A stretch of 64,000 nucleotides of DNA from Paragordius varius. Lineage: Eukaryota; Animalia; Nematomorpha. The stretch is taken from positions 6,076,001 to 6,140,000 of the forward strand of contig OZ176055.1 of assembly GCA_964247055.1 (NCBI GenBank). The letters run 5' to 3'. The notes under the pieces were generated by a model. The model was not told the DNA's origin and ran no database searches. It saw only the letters and a list, made by a program, of their open reading frames with translations. Made by a program: the position numbers and the translations under genes. This document shows positions 33,461 through 47,649 of this stretch, in pieces (positions within the stretch are counted from its first letter, which is position 1; each line of letters opens with the position of its first letter).

Positions 33461-33875
33461 TAAATAAGCCAAAATATCTAAAAATTTATTTGTAAAAAAA
33501 ATTCAGTAACAAACTACTTTCGCGCCATTTTTATTTGCATCATTTTTGCAAAATATCGTATTTATTTTTTACCTAAAATTAAGTTTACTTTGGTATTAAA
33601 ATGACATTCGTTGATAACAGAAAAAGCGATATATTTTGCCTATGTCACATGTCATGTTAGCTAAATTTTTACCTTGAGGTTTTACCTATGAATAATTAAT
33701 AAGAAATATTTTTGAATGATATTTTTTATATTTCAGTTTATTAATGTATTTTAGTGAGACTTTTGCCATAGTTTATTTTATTTTTTTTAATATTTTTTAA
33801 ACAATTCTGGGGTATTTAACTAGCCCAAATCAAAGGGCTCAAATTAATGTGCTGTATCCAAGTGTCAACAGATAA

Positions 33876-34780
33876 CACTGGACAACAAATTTTTCTGCCA
33901 CTCGAGTTTTTTGCATTTTCTGATATTTAGTATCATTTTAACAGTAAATCTGAAATAATAATTATAACTCGATGGAAGAATTTTGTATGATTTGATTTTT
34001 TTGATTATGCGCCCTCTTTATCAAAATTTTACTAAAAAATGTTTTTCTTTAAAAAAATATACATGCCCATTTGTAATATATCATTCGAAAGAGTAATAAA
34101 AACTCTATAAAATGCGTACTAATATGTATTACATCGACAGTTAATATTGGACACAAAGAGCGACAAGCGCACGAAGCGAGAGCATTTTTTTAATTATTAT
34201 ATTTTTAAAACTTATGGATGAAAATAGCCCAAACTTTGTTTAGATGGTGATGAATGTCCAAAAAAGATAAAAGAAATTTTTTGATTGAAACATTTTTTAT
34301 TGCTTTTATGTCACTCAAAACAGCCATTTTTAAGTTTTTGTTTTTAAAATTACCATCTCATCAATATTAATTTATTTTCTTTACAAGGCTGATAATTTCG
34401 AAATTTTGAAGATAAAAACAAATTTTAAGGTATTTTTGATCTATAGCCATTATGTAATAAATTTACAGTTATAACTATGCATTTTAATATCCACTAGGTA
34501 AAATATTTATGATAATAATAATTTTTATTAAAAAAAGCAAACCAAAAACTTTTTCAAACATTTTTTAAATTAAATACTAATATAACCCTATTAATTATAT
34601 TAAAATAATTTATATGATTTTAAAATTAGTTTGTCTGCGAAAATTCTTGATTTTAAGGATTGAAAATTTTGACCATTTAAATCCAAATAACTTTTACATC
34701 CGATTGATTTAAATGATTTACTACCATTTAAAAGATGCAGTTTTTGCGCTCTTGAATGATATAAAATACATGGCTTCATA
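33876..34780. mobile_element. Truncated copy of the CACTA-type MITE found at 48549-49674 (inverted)
   Basis: Begins taa-CACTGGACAACAAATTT and is a near reverse complement of the other copy over about 0.9 kb. Confidence 0.85.
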
Positions 34781-35611
34781 TAAACTTTTTTTCCAGTTTT
34801 TTATATGGACCCATTACCTATGTATCCTTAATTTCTTTAAAGACACAAGGCCCGAAAACCCATATATTTTAGTTATAGAAAATATATGCTTTAAAAATGT
34901 GTTTTGTGTGCACTCTGTAAAATAATTTACAAGGTTTCATAAAATTGCACCCTTTTAATATGATAAAGACTTTTGTCAATCTTAAACTATTTTAACTTTT
35001 TACAAAAGGTTTTTGCAAACTTTTACAACTGTATTTCGAAAAGGATATACTTTATACATTATTAACATGTATGGTTCGCTTTTTCGATTTTATTTCTGAA
35101 CTGTTGTTACTTTACTTTTTAATTAGCTGAGAAAAAATCGAGGGGGGTGAAAAGAATTACATTAATTTTACATGCTGATAACATAAAATCATTATAACTT
35201 TGGGGGCGAAAAAAATAATGATAAGGTCGGTCTAGACAAAAAATGATCGGGTTTCAGTGCAATCATTATCTCACCCTTATTATACCTTCTTCTATAATAA
35301 GTTATTTCATTTAAGATAATGATATAAATATGATGTTAAAATTAAATTCAATACATATATTTTTTAAACGGTCACATTTGTTGCGCCATTTCACCATATA
35401 ATGTTAGAGTTGTAATTTTGGGTTTTTAGATAGTATTGAAGTATTATAATTTAAAATCAAAGATATTTATTGGATTTAATTTTAAAACGTATTATTTAAG
35501 TTTTATAAAGGGATCTATATAAAACAATCAATATATTTAAAGTTACATTTATTAGTATCTAATTAAACATTACAATCTTTAATTAATTTTTTAATGGTAA
35601 TTACGGAATTG

Positions 35612-38600
35612 ATTGAACCATTCCTTATTTTTATGCCGTGATCAGACAAATTTCCAATGCAAGCAATCGACGCCAAAATCATATCGGGCAAAATGATGTC
35701 TTCAGGGTGGCGTTTGAGTAATTTTATAGTTAGATTGGAGTTTTCTTGTTTTAACAAAACCTTTTATAAATCATTGATTATTTTATATAAAATATATTTG
35801 TTGTTGCAAATTAACGAAACAGCCAAAGTGATAGGTTAGCCCAAGAAAGATGAGAAGGCTAGTGTACTTATTCAACTAAATAGATTTACAAAATACCCCA
35901 CACTTAATAATTTCATGTGGGTTTTGTGTTTTAGCTGCAAAAAAAACATCCTAAAGCCGTTTAATTTCCACAAACATTATAAACAAAATATATAAAGCAA
36001 TTAACAATTATAATATGAAATTTAAAGTTGCTTAAAATTCTAGCTTTAAAAATTATATAAAAAATGGAAAACACATAAAATTGATAGAAACCGGCGACAC
36101 GGGTGTGATATAAAACAGATTGTATACAGTTATCACTATGATCGAAAAAAGGGAAACCAATATACTTATCGTTTTAAAACTTAAAAGAGGAAATTGAAAT
36201 AATTTTTAGATTCAAAATTTTTTGGTAAGCTACTTGTCGGGAATATAGGGGGCATTACTTTTAAAAATTATTTTTGATACCAAATATTATGTAAATATAA
36301 TTACTAACCTTATCTGATGTTCGAAATGAATAAGTAGTATGAAATCTTTCCTTTAAATTAAACAAGAGGTAACTGCATTCAGTATTTCTTTGCACAACAT
36401 CGATTACGATCTAAAATGACATGTACTTAATTATTATTATATAAATATATATTATCACAATAAAATTGTTATTTAAATCTTTAAATCCATAAATTTTAGC
36501 TATGATTGGAACGATGTTTATTTTGGGATAAAATAATGATTAAATAGCATAAATAATGTCATTCATAGATTTGGCTTTTAGCATAAATTTTTTTATTTTT
36601 ATTGAATATCTTCAAAATATCAAAAATAATTTTCGCCTTTTGTAGTTATAAATTTAATTTGATATGCGTTAAAAATAAAAATTTATTTTAATTATTTTTG
36701 GGAACACATGTTTTCAAAATTTTCAGATCTGTTATGACTCTGCCCACCACCAGGTCAAAATTCTTAAAAATGGTCATTCAAAAATCAACTTATAATGCAA
36801 ATGAGAGCTATTTATTTTTTTCCACCACGGTCACTATAAGCGAAATGTGCAAAATTCAAAAATGATTTTCACTGGAACGCACCACATTTTACAATATGAT
36901 AAATATATAAAAAATAAAACTCAAAAATCTATCCAAGATCCTTAAGCGCCTACGGTGTACAGTTCTGCTTGAAAAAGTGGCTATAGGACTTTTATAGATT
37001 TTTTCACAAAATTTATTAAATTATATATCATGGTCTGTCTTTACCAAAAAATGATTTGGTCAATACGGCCCTCTCAAAATACCCCATGTGTAAAACAATG
37101 GCTTATTATGCATGACTTTAAATTTGACTAAAGAGGCCATAATCGACATTTAAAGGCCAAAGTTATATCCTGGCTTATTTATGAAAATAGGGTGCCTGAT
37201 TTATCATAAATTCTGCCTTTATGGCAGATATTAGCAGATGCACATAAATTTATAATATTTTATAATATCGTGGTGATTAAAATTAATAACAGTTGTAAAA
37301 TCCGTAATATAATAATTTTGAATAGAAAATTAATTGAAAGATAATTATAAACAAAATTTATAAACGATATGTGAAACCCTTTCGTTAATAGTAATCGTAG
37401 ACTAGTTTCGTGCTTGTTAGCACTCATCAGTACGACACAACTATTTGACTTGGGGTTTTCACATATCGATTTCGTGTATATATATATATATATATATATA
37501 TATCCAACTTTGCAATTTTGGTATAAATGCAGTTGGTTATACATTTTTTAAATTAAATTTATATACGAAATCGATATGTGAAAACCCCAAGTCAAATAGT
37601 TGGTCGTACTGATAAGTGCTAGCAAGCACCAAACTAGTCTGCGATTTCTATTGACGAAGGGTTTCATATATCGTTTATAATTTCTGTTTATAATCTTTCA
37701 ATTAATTTTCTATTTAAAATTATTATTATACTAGCGTAAATCTCGTGCTGCTACTCAGCCCAGGGAAGTCCTTCGGACTTCTGGGAAGGTGGGGGAGGGG
37801 GGCTATTTGAAATAAGGGACAATAAAATGGTCCACATATGTGGATTATTTCGAAACATTATTTAATAGATATGATTTTATAGGAATTATAAACGGTGCAT
37901 TCATAGTAATATATTGTTTAATTGGGGGAAAAATAGATTTAAAAAACTATTAATGTGGACTTTGTTTTTTTTTAAAAAATGGCATTTTACGGGGGGAGCG
38001 GGTAAAAAGAGAGACAAATCAAAAGGGCGAGACGACTTTGTTCGGCGCAATCAAAAATAACTAAAAAAATCATATTTGAAATTGAATGATCCAACACGTT
38101 CTCCAGAAAATTGTCTCAAAGACACGATTTTTGTGGACTTCTGTTTTCAAAAACAAACCCGTTTTTCACACGGGGTGGGCCCGAACTGGGGGCCTATTTC
38201 AAAAAAAGGCGAAGCTATTGTCGGGACATTTATTAATGATTATATTTTTTCGATATTTGGATTTAATTGGGTCTACCGGTTTCCCGGTACCAGATCACAA
38301 AGCCAGCATTTTCCATTTTTATAAATATATATATATTACGGATTTTACAACTGTTATTACAAAACATAATCAATCCGTCATTTACCATTATAATATCATC
38401 TTAGATTAAAATTAATGTTAAAAAACTAGAAAAAAATTTACAATATTTATGTTAAAAATATGAAAACTCCCATCAATCAAATCGTTACTTATATTAATAT
38501 AATAAGTTTATAGTTTCTTTTCCTCAAACTTTTACCCAGAACTACGGTAAGAAGTTTACTGTAGCCTTATATTTGAAATTTATTCAACAAATAACATAAT

Positions 38601-41600
38601 TCGTTTCAAAAAATCAATTTTGTTATTAAACCAACATAAAATGGTATTTGATCTATAATTATTATATGTGCTGTTAATTGATAATTTTATTTATAGTATA
38701 AAAAAAACTTTAATCTTATATAAAAAATTTAATTCAGGCTGCTTTTCTAAAAATATTTGGTGGTTTTATGCAACCCGCAACGCAGTAGGTACACAGCTTT
38801 TTTACAAATTATTGATCTACCACAAAGAATAACTTTTTAGGTAATTTAGGGGCCGTTTGGACTATTCCGGTTCTAAGTCGCTGAATCCCCTTTGATAATT
38901 AATAAGATAATAATTAAGGTGTTTTTAAATTACAGTTAATATTTTTAACATTGCGAAACAATACCGTTAGCGTTGTGGTTATCGTAAAGTTAGTCCATTG
39001 CTCTGAAATTTTAAGAATGTAATTCAAATTTTGGAAGAGGTTGAGTTTCACACTATTTCTTATTTTAATCCATTTAAATACGGAACTAATCCATAACCAA
39101 TAATAATATCTATCGACAGTAATGGGAACGTTTCTAATTAATAATATTTTTAATCTATAAAGTATTAAATTAATAATTTTACCAAATCTTTTGATATTGT
39201 TTAAATCAGGGGTGCCCAACAAAAATGGCTTTGCAGGCCGTCATTTGATATAAATATATGGACATTCATATATAATTTATTATATTTCAAACGTAAAAAC
39301 TGTAATATGCAAACCAACATAACAATTTTTTTCTGATTCTTGCCAAGACTAAATTAAAAAATTGTTTAAGAAATGTTGATTTAATTATTATTTCGTTAGC
39401 ATTTTATAATCTATGGATCTTTACATTTTTCGCGTGCCGCGTGTTGGACACCCCTAGTCTATTATAGGCTATTGATTAAATAAGCTAATTTAGTTTTTAT
39501 GTTTTTATGACAGAGTAAAAATTTGGTCAGGAATGTATTGAATTGTACTAAAAGTTCTTAAAGCATACTTAGAGGCGTAGCTGCAGGACAGGATATTGCA
39601 CTGGGCGCCATAGTTGAAGGGGAGCCGGATTTAAAATTTTTCAATTTTATTTCAAAAAAATAGTAGATATTTAAAAGTTTTTATTTTAACTAAGACATAA
39701 AAAAATGACCAATTTATGAGTTAGTTTAAATTTGATTATGCGATTGGTTGAATGGAGGGGGAGGGGGACGCGGGATTTATGCACCGGGGGCCAGCAAGCT
39801 AGGCTTCTAAGCATACCCTTAGGAGCGATATAAATTTCGAGTTACCTATAAAATTTGCCGTACTTTTAATATATGAATTTAAGTAATAATGTATTTGTTT
39901 CCTATTTCCTGTAAAAACAGGTGCCATAAACCAAAAAATCTTTTTATTTTTTACACCTATTCAATATTTAAAACCGTATCTATTTAACTTTTTATGAGAA
40001 GTGGAATATTAAATTAATTTTTTGTTATTGTGAGACAAATCAAAAAACCCTTTTGTAAAAACATTGGTTAGTAATTATGATCTAAACAGCAATGTTTTAA
40101 ATATAATTTTCATTTTTTTAGTTTATCGATCAGGTGTTAAGCATTGATTTGATACCAACTCTATCCTGAAATGCAATAAATATGGTAATAACCAAAAAAA
40201 TATTAAAATTATAGCAAATATATAATTATAAACACAATTATAGTTTCTATCAAATAATTTTTCATGTAATTTGGATTTTTTATTTTAGCCATTTTGAATA
40301 ATGAATTTAAAAACAAGGGTCTTTATCCATAACGAGGCTTTGTAAAATGTTTGTTTATTAACATTATCCCTATTACACACAGTATTATTGAAAACTCTGT
40401 TAACTAACCTATATTTTTACCTCAACTCAATTTGTGAATCATTAACTAAGAAATTGTACAATCCGGAATGTGTTACAAGCTTGCAAATGAAATCGATTGA
40501 GATAAAATAATCTATTTAAGCGAAATAAATTAATTTCATATAGTTGATTGTGCAGCTCTAGGATATAAAATATTCTTTGTCAAAAAACTTTATGAGGATC
40601 GTTAACAACAACCCATTTTAACCATTCAATACTTTTTATGTAAAAGGAATCGGTTATTTAATGGGGATAAAATGATTTTATGAAATTTATAAAAAGTATC
40701 CTTAAACATAATGCTATGGATTACAATAATAGTTATTTTTACCTTTACGAAACTTGCGTGTCATATCGTAACGATCATAACCTGAATATTATTATATAAA
40801 AATTTAGAATACTTTCGCCACATGATTCAATTACAACTGTTAATTCAGACTGGGGTATTAAATCATTGTTAGGGAATGATGTTTCGTTCGATGAATACAT
40901 TTCCAGCGCAGCTAAAATCATATTTGGCACATACAAATGATCCCGTAAAACAATGTAGGAGGGATAAATGTCGAAAACTTGTAATATACTGTTACCATGT
41001 TGATAAAATCGAGTCTAAATTGATGTTTGAGTATATATATCAATACTGTTTAGCGGAGGGGTATCCAACACACGGGGGTCCGCAACTCTTTGTGCGGTTC
41101 GAATTTTTTCAGAATCATACATATCTTAAAATCTAATTTTAAAAACCATTTTTCGCAATTACACTATTTGCAAGGTGCCCCCCAAATTTTTTCGGGTTTG
41201 AAACCTAATGAGTTTCAGTAGACAAAAATGCATAAATTAGAACAACGAATCACCATAAATTTGACAGACCATTTATATAATATATAAATAAGTGACCAAT
41301 ATTCTATTATAATTAGCCTAATATATCAATATTAAAAGTTTGTTCTCTCAAAAATAAATAAAACCGAATCGTTAAACCTGATTGACCAAGTCTTATCATA
41401 ATTGCAGAATTATGTTAAAAATTATTTTAACTTAGCATTGTACAATCAGCTAGACTTGAGAGCGACATTTGGTTTTGGTAATTACTATTTTTAATAAGGG
41501 AATCCCATCATTCAAATGGGACCTATTCAATTGGTACGTTTACTAAAAAATTATCAATTCCAATTGGAACATAATTTGACATATGAAACTCAAAAGGCTT

Positions 41601-44600
41601 ATTCAATTAATATTTACATTTCTGTAAACATAAAAATCAAATCCTTTCTTAAATTTTTTAATTAGGGTTCAGGCTTTATATATCAATTTTAAAATATTTA
41701 ATTGAAAACAAAAAAAGTTACTAAATATGGTTTTGTATCCGTCAAAATGGGGTCGATATAAACTTCAGTTAGATTGTCATCGGGTTGTATATGAACACCA
41801 TACGAATAATGAGAATCTCGATTTCTAACATACAAAGCTTTCAACATTGATCCATTGATATCTATGTAATACTAAAAAATATTGGTTATCAATATTTTTA
41901 AATATAATGTTGCTTCATTTTTTTAGTTAATTAATTTATTATATACATATATTTAAGATGCAACCTATACCTAACAGTGATATCTTTTGGGCACTTTCAA
42001 TTGTTTTTACAATGTTCAAAATTTTTTGTCAAAAATTTATATTGAAAACATTGCTATTTTTGGATAACCCCGTTAAATAAAAAAGGGAGATCTTTGAAAT
42101 CACTGAAAAATGTCATTTAAGAACTAGCTGTCCCTGTCGCGCGTTGTTACTAAGCCTGACTGATGATTAGATAATTGGCCTAAAATATTACAATAAACTG
42201 AATGGAAAATATAAACATTTACATCCCTTTGAGGATTTCAAATTCACTCATATTAAACAAATTCTTCATATTAAAACTGTCCCTTATTCAAGATTGATAT
42301 GATTACATCATTTAACAAAAAGCAATGTATGTCCTATTAGGATTTTTAAAACTATTTTAAATATTTTTTTAAATATACCAATTATTTTTACGCACTCTTA
42401 AAATCAGAAAAGGAATCTCCTTTTGAGGATTCGAAACTAGTCGCTGAATTGTCATTTTTAAATTCGCTTTTTTAATAAATCTTTTATAATTTTATCATAC
42501 AACTTTGAAAATTTTCGTTTTTCCATGGAACAAAGGTTTTAATATATGGTATTCTTTTTACCCATATACTGGGAATTATCCAAAAGGGTTAAAAAAGTCA
42601 GTTAGGGAATTTATGATGAGTATAAATCCCAGAAACTCGTTTTACTTGATAATATTTTAAAGCGAATTTTATATGGGGTGGAGCCCTGCCTAGCAACAAA
42701 TTAAAATGCTTAGCAAAAATTTAACAGAACGTTGACAAATTCATATGCCCTTATACGCATATAAAATTGCTTTAAATTTTTGCAAGACATTTTAGGCGAG
42801 CGGCTAAATGCAAAGTTTCGAAAACAGTGGGTTTGTCACTGTCTACATATTTATAATACAGACCAAAAATATTTGATAAAATATCTAAGAATAATCATGG
42901 TGTTTTTGTTGATTGTTCCATATTGCAAAAGTTGCGCATATTTTGCTAAAAAAAATTGAAAATGCTGCATTCCAAAAATTATCATTATAAAATTAAATCG
43001 ATATCTTTATAATTGATTTATAGATGTGATAGCAGAAAGTCTTAAATTTTTGGACCCCTCAAAAATGCGGTTATCTCAAAATATGCGTGAAAATGCCGAG
43101 ATGTGGCGATAATAATTTATGATATGCGGTAGATTATGGCGCAAAATTTACCCATTTTCCGAAAGATTTATCCCATCCGATATATTAAATAATCCAATTT
43201 TGGAGGAATACACTATACGGCTTATTAAACAATGAGTGTAAAAATACAAGTTTTATTCGAATGGCTTTATACTCCGAATCGATATAGAGACGTGGCTGGA
43301 ATGCGAATCTTATTTGAAAATAAAAAATGTTAGATCTGGCCACATTCATAAAAAAATAAAAAAATCGATTAAATATCTATTTGCGTCCACGTTAATTTTA
43401 CAAAACCATTAATTGTACAATGACCCTCTCTAAAAACGGTGGGGCTAAACAGTGGGCTAATTAAATATAAGGCTTTGTGACGTTCGTCGCATTTATATAA
43501 ATTTAAAAAACATTTATTATTGAAACTGAATGGGAGTACAAGTTTTCCGAAAACAAGCATCAAACTCAACATTTTAGGGATTTGGATTTTTTCAAAATTT
43601 TATTTTTATGATGGGGAAAACAGGAATCTATTTAAATGGCCTAGCATCCTGGGAACATATTTAAATAATAAAATATTTTAAATAAATCCGCACGTCAAAA
43701 AATTGATTCAAAGTCTACATTACCTATTTAATATAACAAAAAATGCTAATTTTTAAATTAAATAATTTACATAATTATTATTATTTCACTTAGCTGCAAA
43801 AAGCGATATTGATAAGTTATGTGCTATTGGAAGAGTAAATAGGGTTGAAATACTAAAAAAGAAATGTATTTGACGTTAAAAATTGTACACTATAGTACGG
43901 GCCAAATAAAAAATATAATATCTTTGCAGGTAAAAACTGATGTAAACTAGTCTTAGATCGCTTAATTACAACCTTGGTAGTTTAGCCAGAGTAGCAATTC
44001 AGAAATCCAAAATATACATTTGGCCTTTGCGTATTACTAACACTTCAGAGCCTTTTCAATTTTTTGTCCTAGTATATATATTGTAGTTTTATAGCCCAGA
44101 GTTCAATTTTGTAACATTGTTATTGAGTTTAGTTAAAATTAAATTATGCAACCTTGTTCTCATGAATTAGATAAAAAAGCTTATATTTTTACAGTTTTGT
44201 TAGAGTCTGATTTAGAAACAGCTCCTAAATACGATTAAAACGAGCAGCTGATATTAAAATAAAAATATATCAAATTTTTGCTGGTAAAATAGAGCCTTTA
44301 ATTATTTTATTCTAACCCTAATATACATTCATTTGTCTGTTGCATTAGCAATTCAAAAAACATAGAAAAAAATGGCGGAGAAGTTTGAGCTTTTTAAAAT
44401 TTGATAATGCGCCTAAAAGACTAAAAAAACATAATTTTTATTTCGGCTTAAAAGCTTATATACTTATTAAAATACACAAATATTAAATAACTTTGGATAA
44501 AATTAACTTAAAGGTCATGGAATATGAAAAATCTCTTGAAATGATAAAATTATTTGAAAATTCCCTTCAAATTTATTTAGTTACTACTACTGCATAATCC

Positions 44601-45053
44601 CAAAAAATATTATAGTGCTAAAGGTATTAATGATTTTTTATATAATAATCTGAAAAAAATTACATCATTGTTAAACATTGCTCGCATAGAATTAAAAATT
44701 AGATAATCGTTCGGCACCAAATAATGGAAATAGGAGGAGGAATTAGTTGAAAATTTATATTGTGGAAACCGGCAAACTATAATCCCCTCATATGTATGCA
44801 GTAATGTCATATTTCTTATCTGTGATATTCTATTAAATACTATTATATTTTTGCAAAACCATATAAAAATAATTTAATTATACCTTTGAGATATAAAATT
44901 TATATCAAAAGAATTAAATTCTGGGAGAGCCATATTACAAAGATATATATATGAATTAACTCTAAGATAGCTTAAATACAGGTAAATTACTAAGACACTG
45001 ATTATATTTATCATATTATTAGATATAACAATTGCAAAAAAGTTTATTGACAT
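35612..45053 (-). CDS. Unrecognised multi-exon gene or tandem paralog cluster, putative secreted/membrane glycoprotein(s)
   Basis: Signal-peptide-like ORF from ATG 45053/45014 ending at a GT donor. Clean AG/GT-bounded open exons at 41722-41871, 40813-41014 and 40743-40781, plus about 40421-40511, 39847-39956 and 35612-35760. Introns of 31 nt (40782-40812) and 24 nt (40397-40420). Many N-x-S/T sequons. Connectivity between exons is not resolved. Confidence 0.5.
37284..38359. repeat. Foldback (long inverted repeat) element, interrupted by a Helitron
   Basis: Arms about 37284-37478 and 37562-37730 are near-perfect reverse complements around a loop containing (TA)n. The right arm resumes at about 38333-38359 after the Helitron. 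Confidence 0.85.
37731..38332 (-). mobile_element. Non-autonomous Helitron, copy A
   Basis: CTAG end with nearby hairpin gaagtcc-ttc-ggacttc. Reverse-complement homolog of 53364-53930. Confidence 0.8.
39207..39456. mobile_element. hAT-type MITE (CAGGGG termini)
   Basis: gtttaaat-caggggtgcccaac at the left and gttggacacccct at the right; right TSD degenerate. Confidence 0.7.
39570..39809. mobile_element. hAT-type MITE (TAGAGGCGTAGC termini)
   Basis: Imperfect TIR tagaggcgtagc / gctaggcttcta; 8-bp flanks agcatact / agcatacc. Confidence 0.75.
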
Positions 45054-45111
45054 TTGATTGGTACAAACATTTGCTTAGCTTCACTATTTTTTGAAAGGTT
45101 ACGTTTCCCTT

Positions 45112-46531
45112 ATGAGGTTTAATTATTTTTAATAAAAGCAATCTGCGTCTACAAAAACGTTTAGCTTCATGCGTTTTGAAGTGTGGAAAAAGGAAAGTAT
45201 GGTTAGATCCAAATGAAGTAAATGAAATATCCAATGCTAATTCAAGTAATTGTGGTTTTATATATCTTAGGACAAAGCATCCGAAAATTAGTTAAAGATG
45301 GTCTTATTATTAAACGGCTAGAGGCTATACATTCAAGAGCAAGAGTTCGTAAAAATATTATTGCACGAAAGAAAGGTAGACACACCGGCCCCGGTAAAAG
45401 AAAAGGGACCGCTAATGCTCGTATGCCCGAAAAAGTTTTATGGATGCGACGCATACGAGTTCTGAGACGGTTATTGAAAAAATATAGAGATGCCAAAAAA
45501 ATAGACAAACATTTGTAAGTAATTAGATATTATTTGGATCATTCTTAGTTAATATATTTATTCTATTAAAAATATATACGCGTTTTCTGATACTAAAACT
45601 ATTTTTAAATGCATAATTTATTCAATCTAATCAATATTTGTGTATATTAAGCGTGTTTAATAGTTTACAAATGTTTTTCATTTTAACGCTAAATAATACC
45701 AAATTATTTTTATTACCTTTAATTTTTTGGTTTTTTAAAAGGATACCCTTTTGACAATCCATATGGTTAGGCTATTTTTTAGATGGTTATAATTTTTTGC
45801 TTTTGAAAGGTAATTATGAAAATTGTTATATATTTTTCTTGCCATTTTTTGAAATATTAATTACAGGTATCATTCATTATATATGAAAGCCAAGGGTAAT
45901 GTTTTCAAAAACAAGCGCAATTTAATGGAATTTATTCATAAGAAAAAGGCTGAAAATACCCGAGCTAAGCAAATAAGGTATAATACTTATATCTATTTTC
46001 TGTTGATTTAATTTATATTTCTATAAAAACCGTATAATTTTTATATAATTTATATCCTTTCTTATATAAATATATACCATTGTTCAAATTCATCCTGGAA
46101 CAATTCAAATTCACCCTTAAAATAAATTATGTGTTTTCGAAATATATAACTCATTATTAATATGAAATATTTTTTTATGGCATAATTTATTATTTTTCAG
46201 CATTATTTTAATTTAAAATTTCTATTATTTAAAAATATATAAAATAGGTAATTTTTAATCTTAAAAAAACATATTTTATTTGAGGGTGAATTCATATTGT
46301 AAATATTATATATATAAATTTTTTTAAATATGGCATAAAATTTACTTGCTAATATTATTAATATATATAATAAAATTATTTCTTAATAACTTTGTACTCT
46401 AATTTATTTTTAGCGATCAAGCCGAAGCTAGAAGAGCTAAAGTTAAAGAGTCAAGAAAGCGGAAAGAAGAACGCGCCGCTTTGAAAAAGGTTGGTGGGGA
46501 TATGGTTAAACCTACTGATGATACAAAATAA
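45112..46531 (+). CDS. RPL19: 60S ribosomal protein L19 (eL19)
   Basis: [28 protein letters not shown]...[20 protein letters not shown]...[17 protein letters not shown]...DQAEARRAK. Introns 45117-45138 (22 nt) and 45246-45270 (25 nt), then two longer introns. Confidence 0.98.
46077..46305. mobile_element. MITE family A copy in an RPL19 intron
   Basis: tataccat left end, aattcaaattcaccc repeats, inverted gggtgaatt at the right; degenerate right terminus. Confidence 0.7.
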
Positions 46532-47649
46532 ATATTTCATGATTTATATTATTATTATTGAAACAGCATCGCAAAATGTTTGACAGTTGGTATTTAAATT
46601 ATACATGATAAGTCTTAAATGGAAAGTGTGTGTTTGCGTATGCAATTATGTTATAATATTAATTGAGTTACAAATTACCAATCTCGAGTTGTATTTGTGT
46701 CAGATAGAGGGCTGAAATGTATAATGCTTTTCAACAGTGTTAGGTTTTCGGTCGTTAAAAATTAACCTTTCACTTAATAACACACGGTAATTCACAGTTA
46801 AAACCACAAATAACTGCCTATGGACATTTTATTCCCCCAATAACATTTCGATTAGAATTGGGTTGGAAACCCCCTTGTAAACATTAAAATGATGTTGAAG
46901 TAAAGGCATTTAATTTCTGACTGAAACCGATCACTATTTTATTTTAAAGAAAAAAATATGGCAAATTATTTTAGCGCTATTTTTATTGATATATTGTTTT
47001 TTGGATTTTAAAAGAACTTTTACACAGTTCCCAAAATCGTGATTTATAAAAATGTCCTGTGAAATATATATATTTTGAGAGATAATTATATTAGGATTCA
47101 CATGGTGCTTTTAGTTTGGGGCCTTAGAGTCATTTAAATACTTATATATAAAATATATGGTTTTTTGGTATTTGCATATCGCAAAAGTGCAAAATTTGCG
47201 CATATACTTTATTTCAAAAAATATTAATATAATATATCATAAACTAATTTAAAATATATATTTGTGTGCATCGAAGTCTCAATTTAATCACCTCTGAGAT
47301 AGACAAATTTTTAATAAAATAAACGCCAAAAATTTAGAGATTGCCCCATATTTTAACTATGCTAGAATATTTAATCAAACATTTTTATTAAATGCATAAT
47401 TTTTATTTTGAATCAAACGATATGAAGCACTTTATGTATTGCTAAAACACCTTTTCTATAAAATTTAATGAATTTTATTTTGGAGAATTTTGTAAAAACT
47501 TTTGAATTGAAACATTTTTATATTTTAGTAGGCGCAGGGCCGTCAACGACCCCATTTCGAATCGAAGCACATGTGAATATATAGAGCACATGTGAATATA
47601 TAGAGTGAATGATAAATGAAATTTAGGCTAACTTGCTACAATTATCGGC

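Noticed and set aside
34713-34925. ORF MIYYHLKDAVF..., similar to 48565-48816
   Set aside because: Shared only because both are within CACTA MITE copies.
38076-38409. ORFs here and similar ones at 53297-53657 as a duplicated gene
   Set aside because: They lie inside two copies of a non-autonomous Helitron and occur in several frames and strands with no domain.
45242-45508. Antisense ORF over RPL19 (also 5440-5718, 21506-21790, 30327-30626, 31788-32060, 59031-59318)
   Set aside because: Shadow frames of real coding exons or TE sequence; no independent support.
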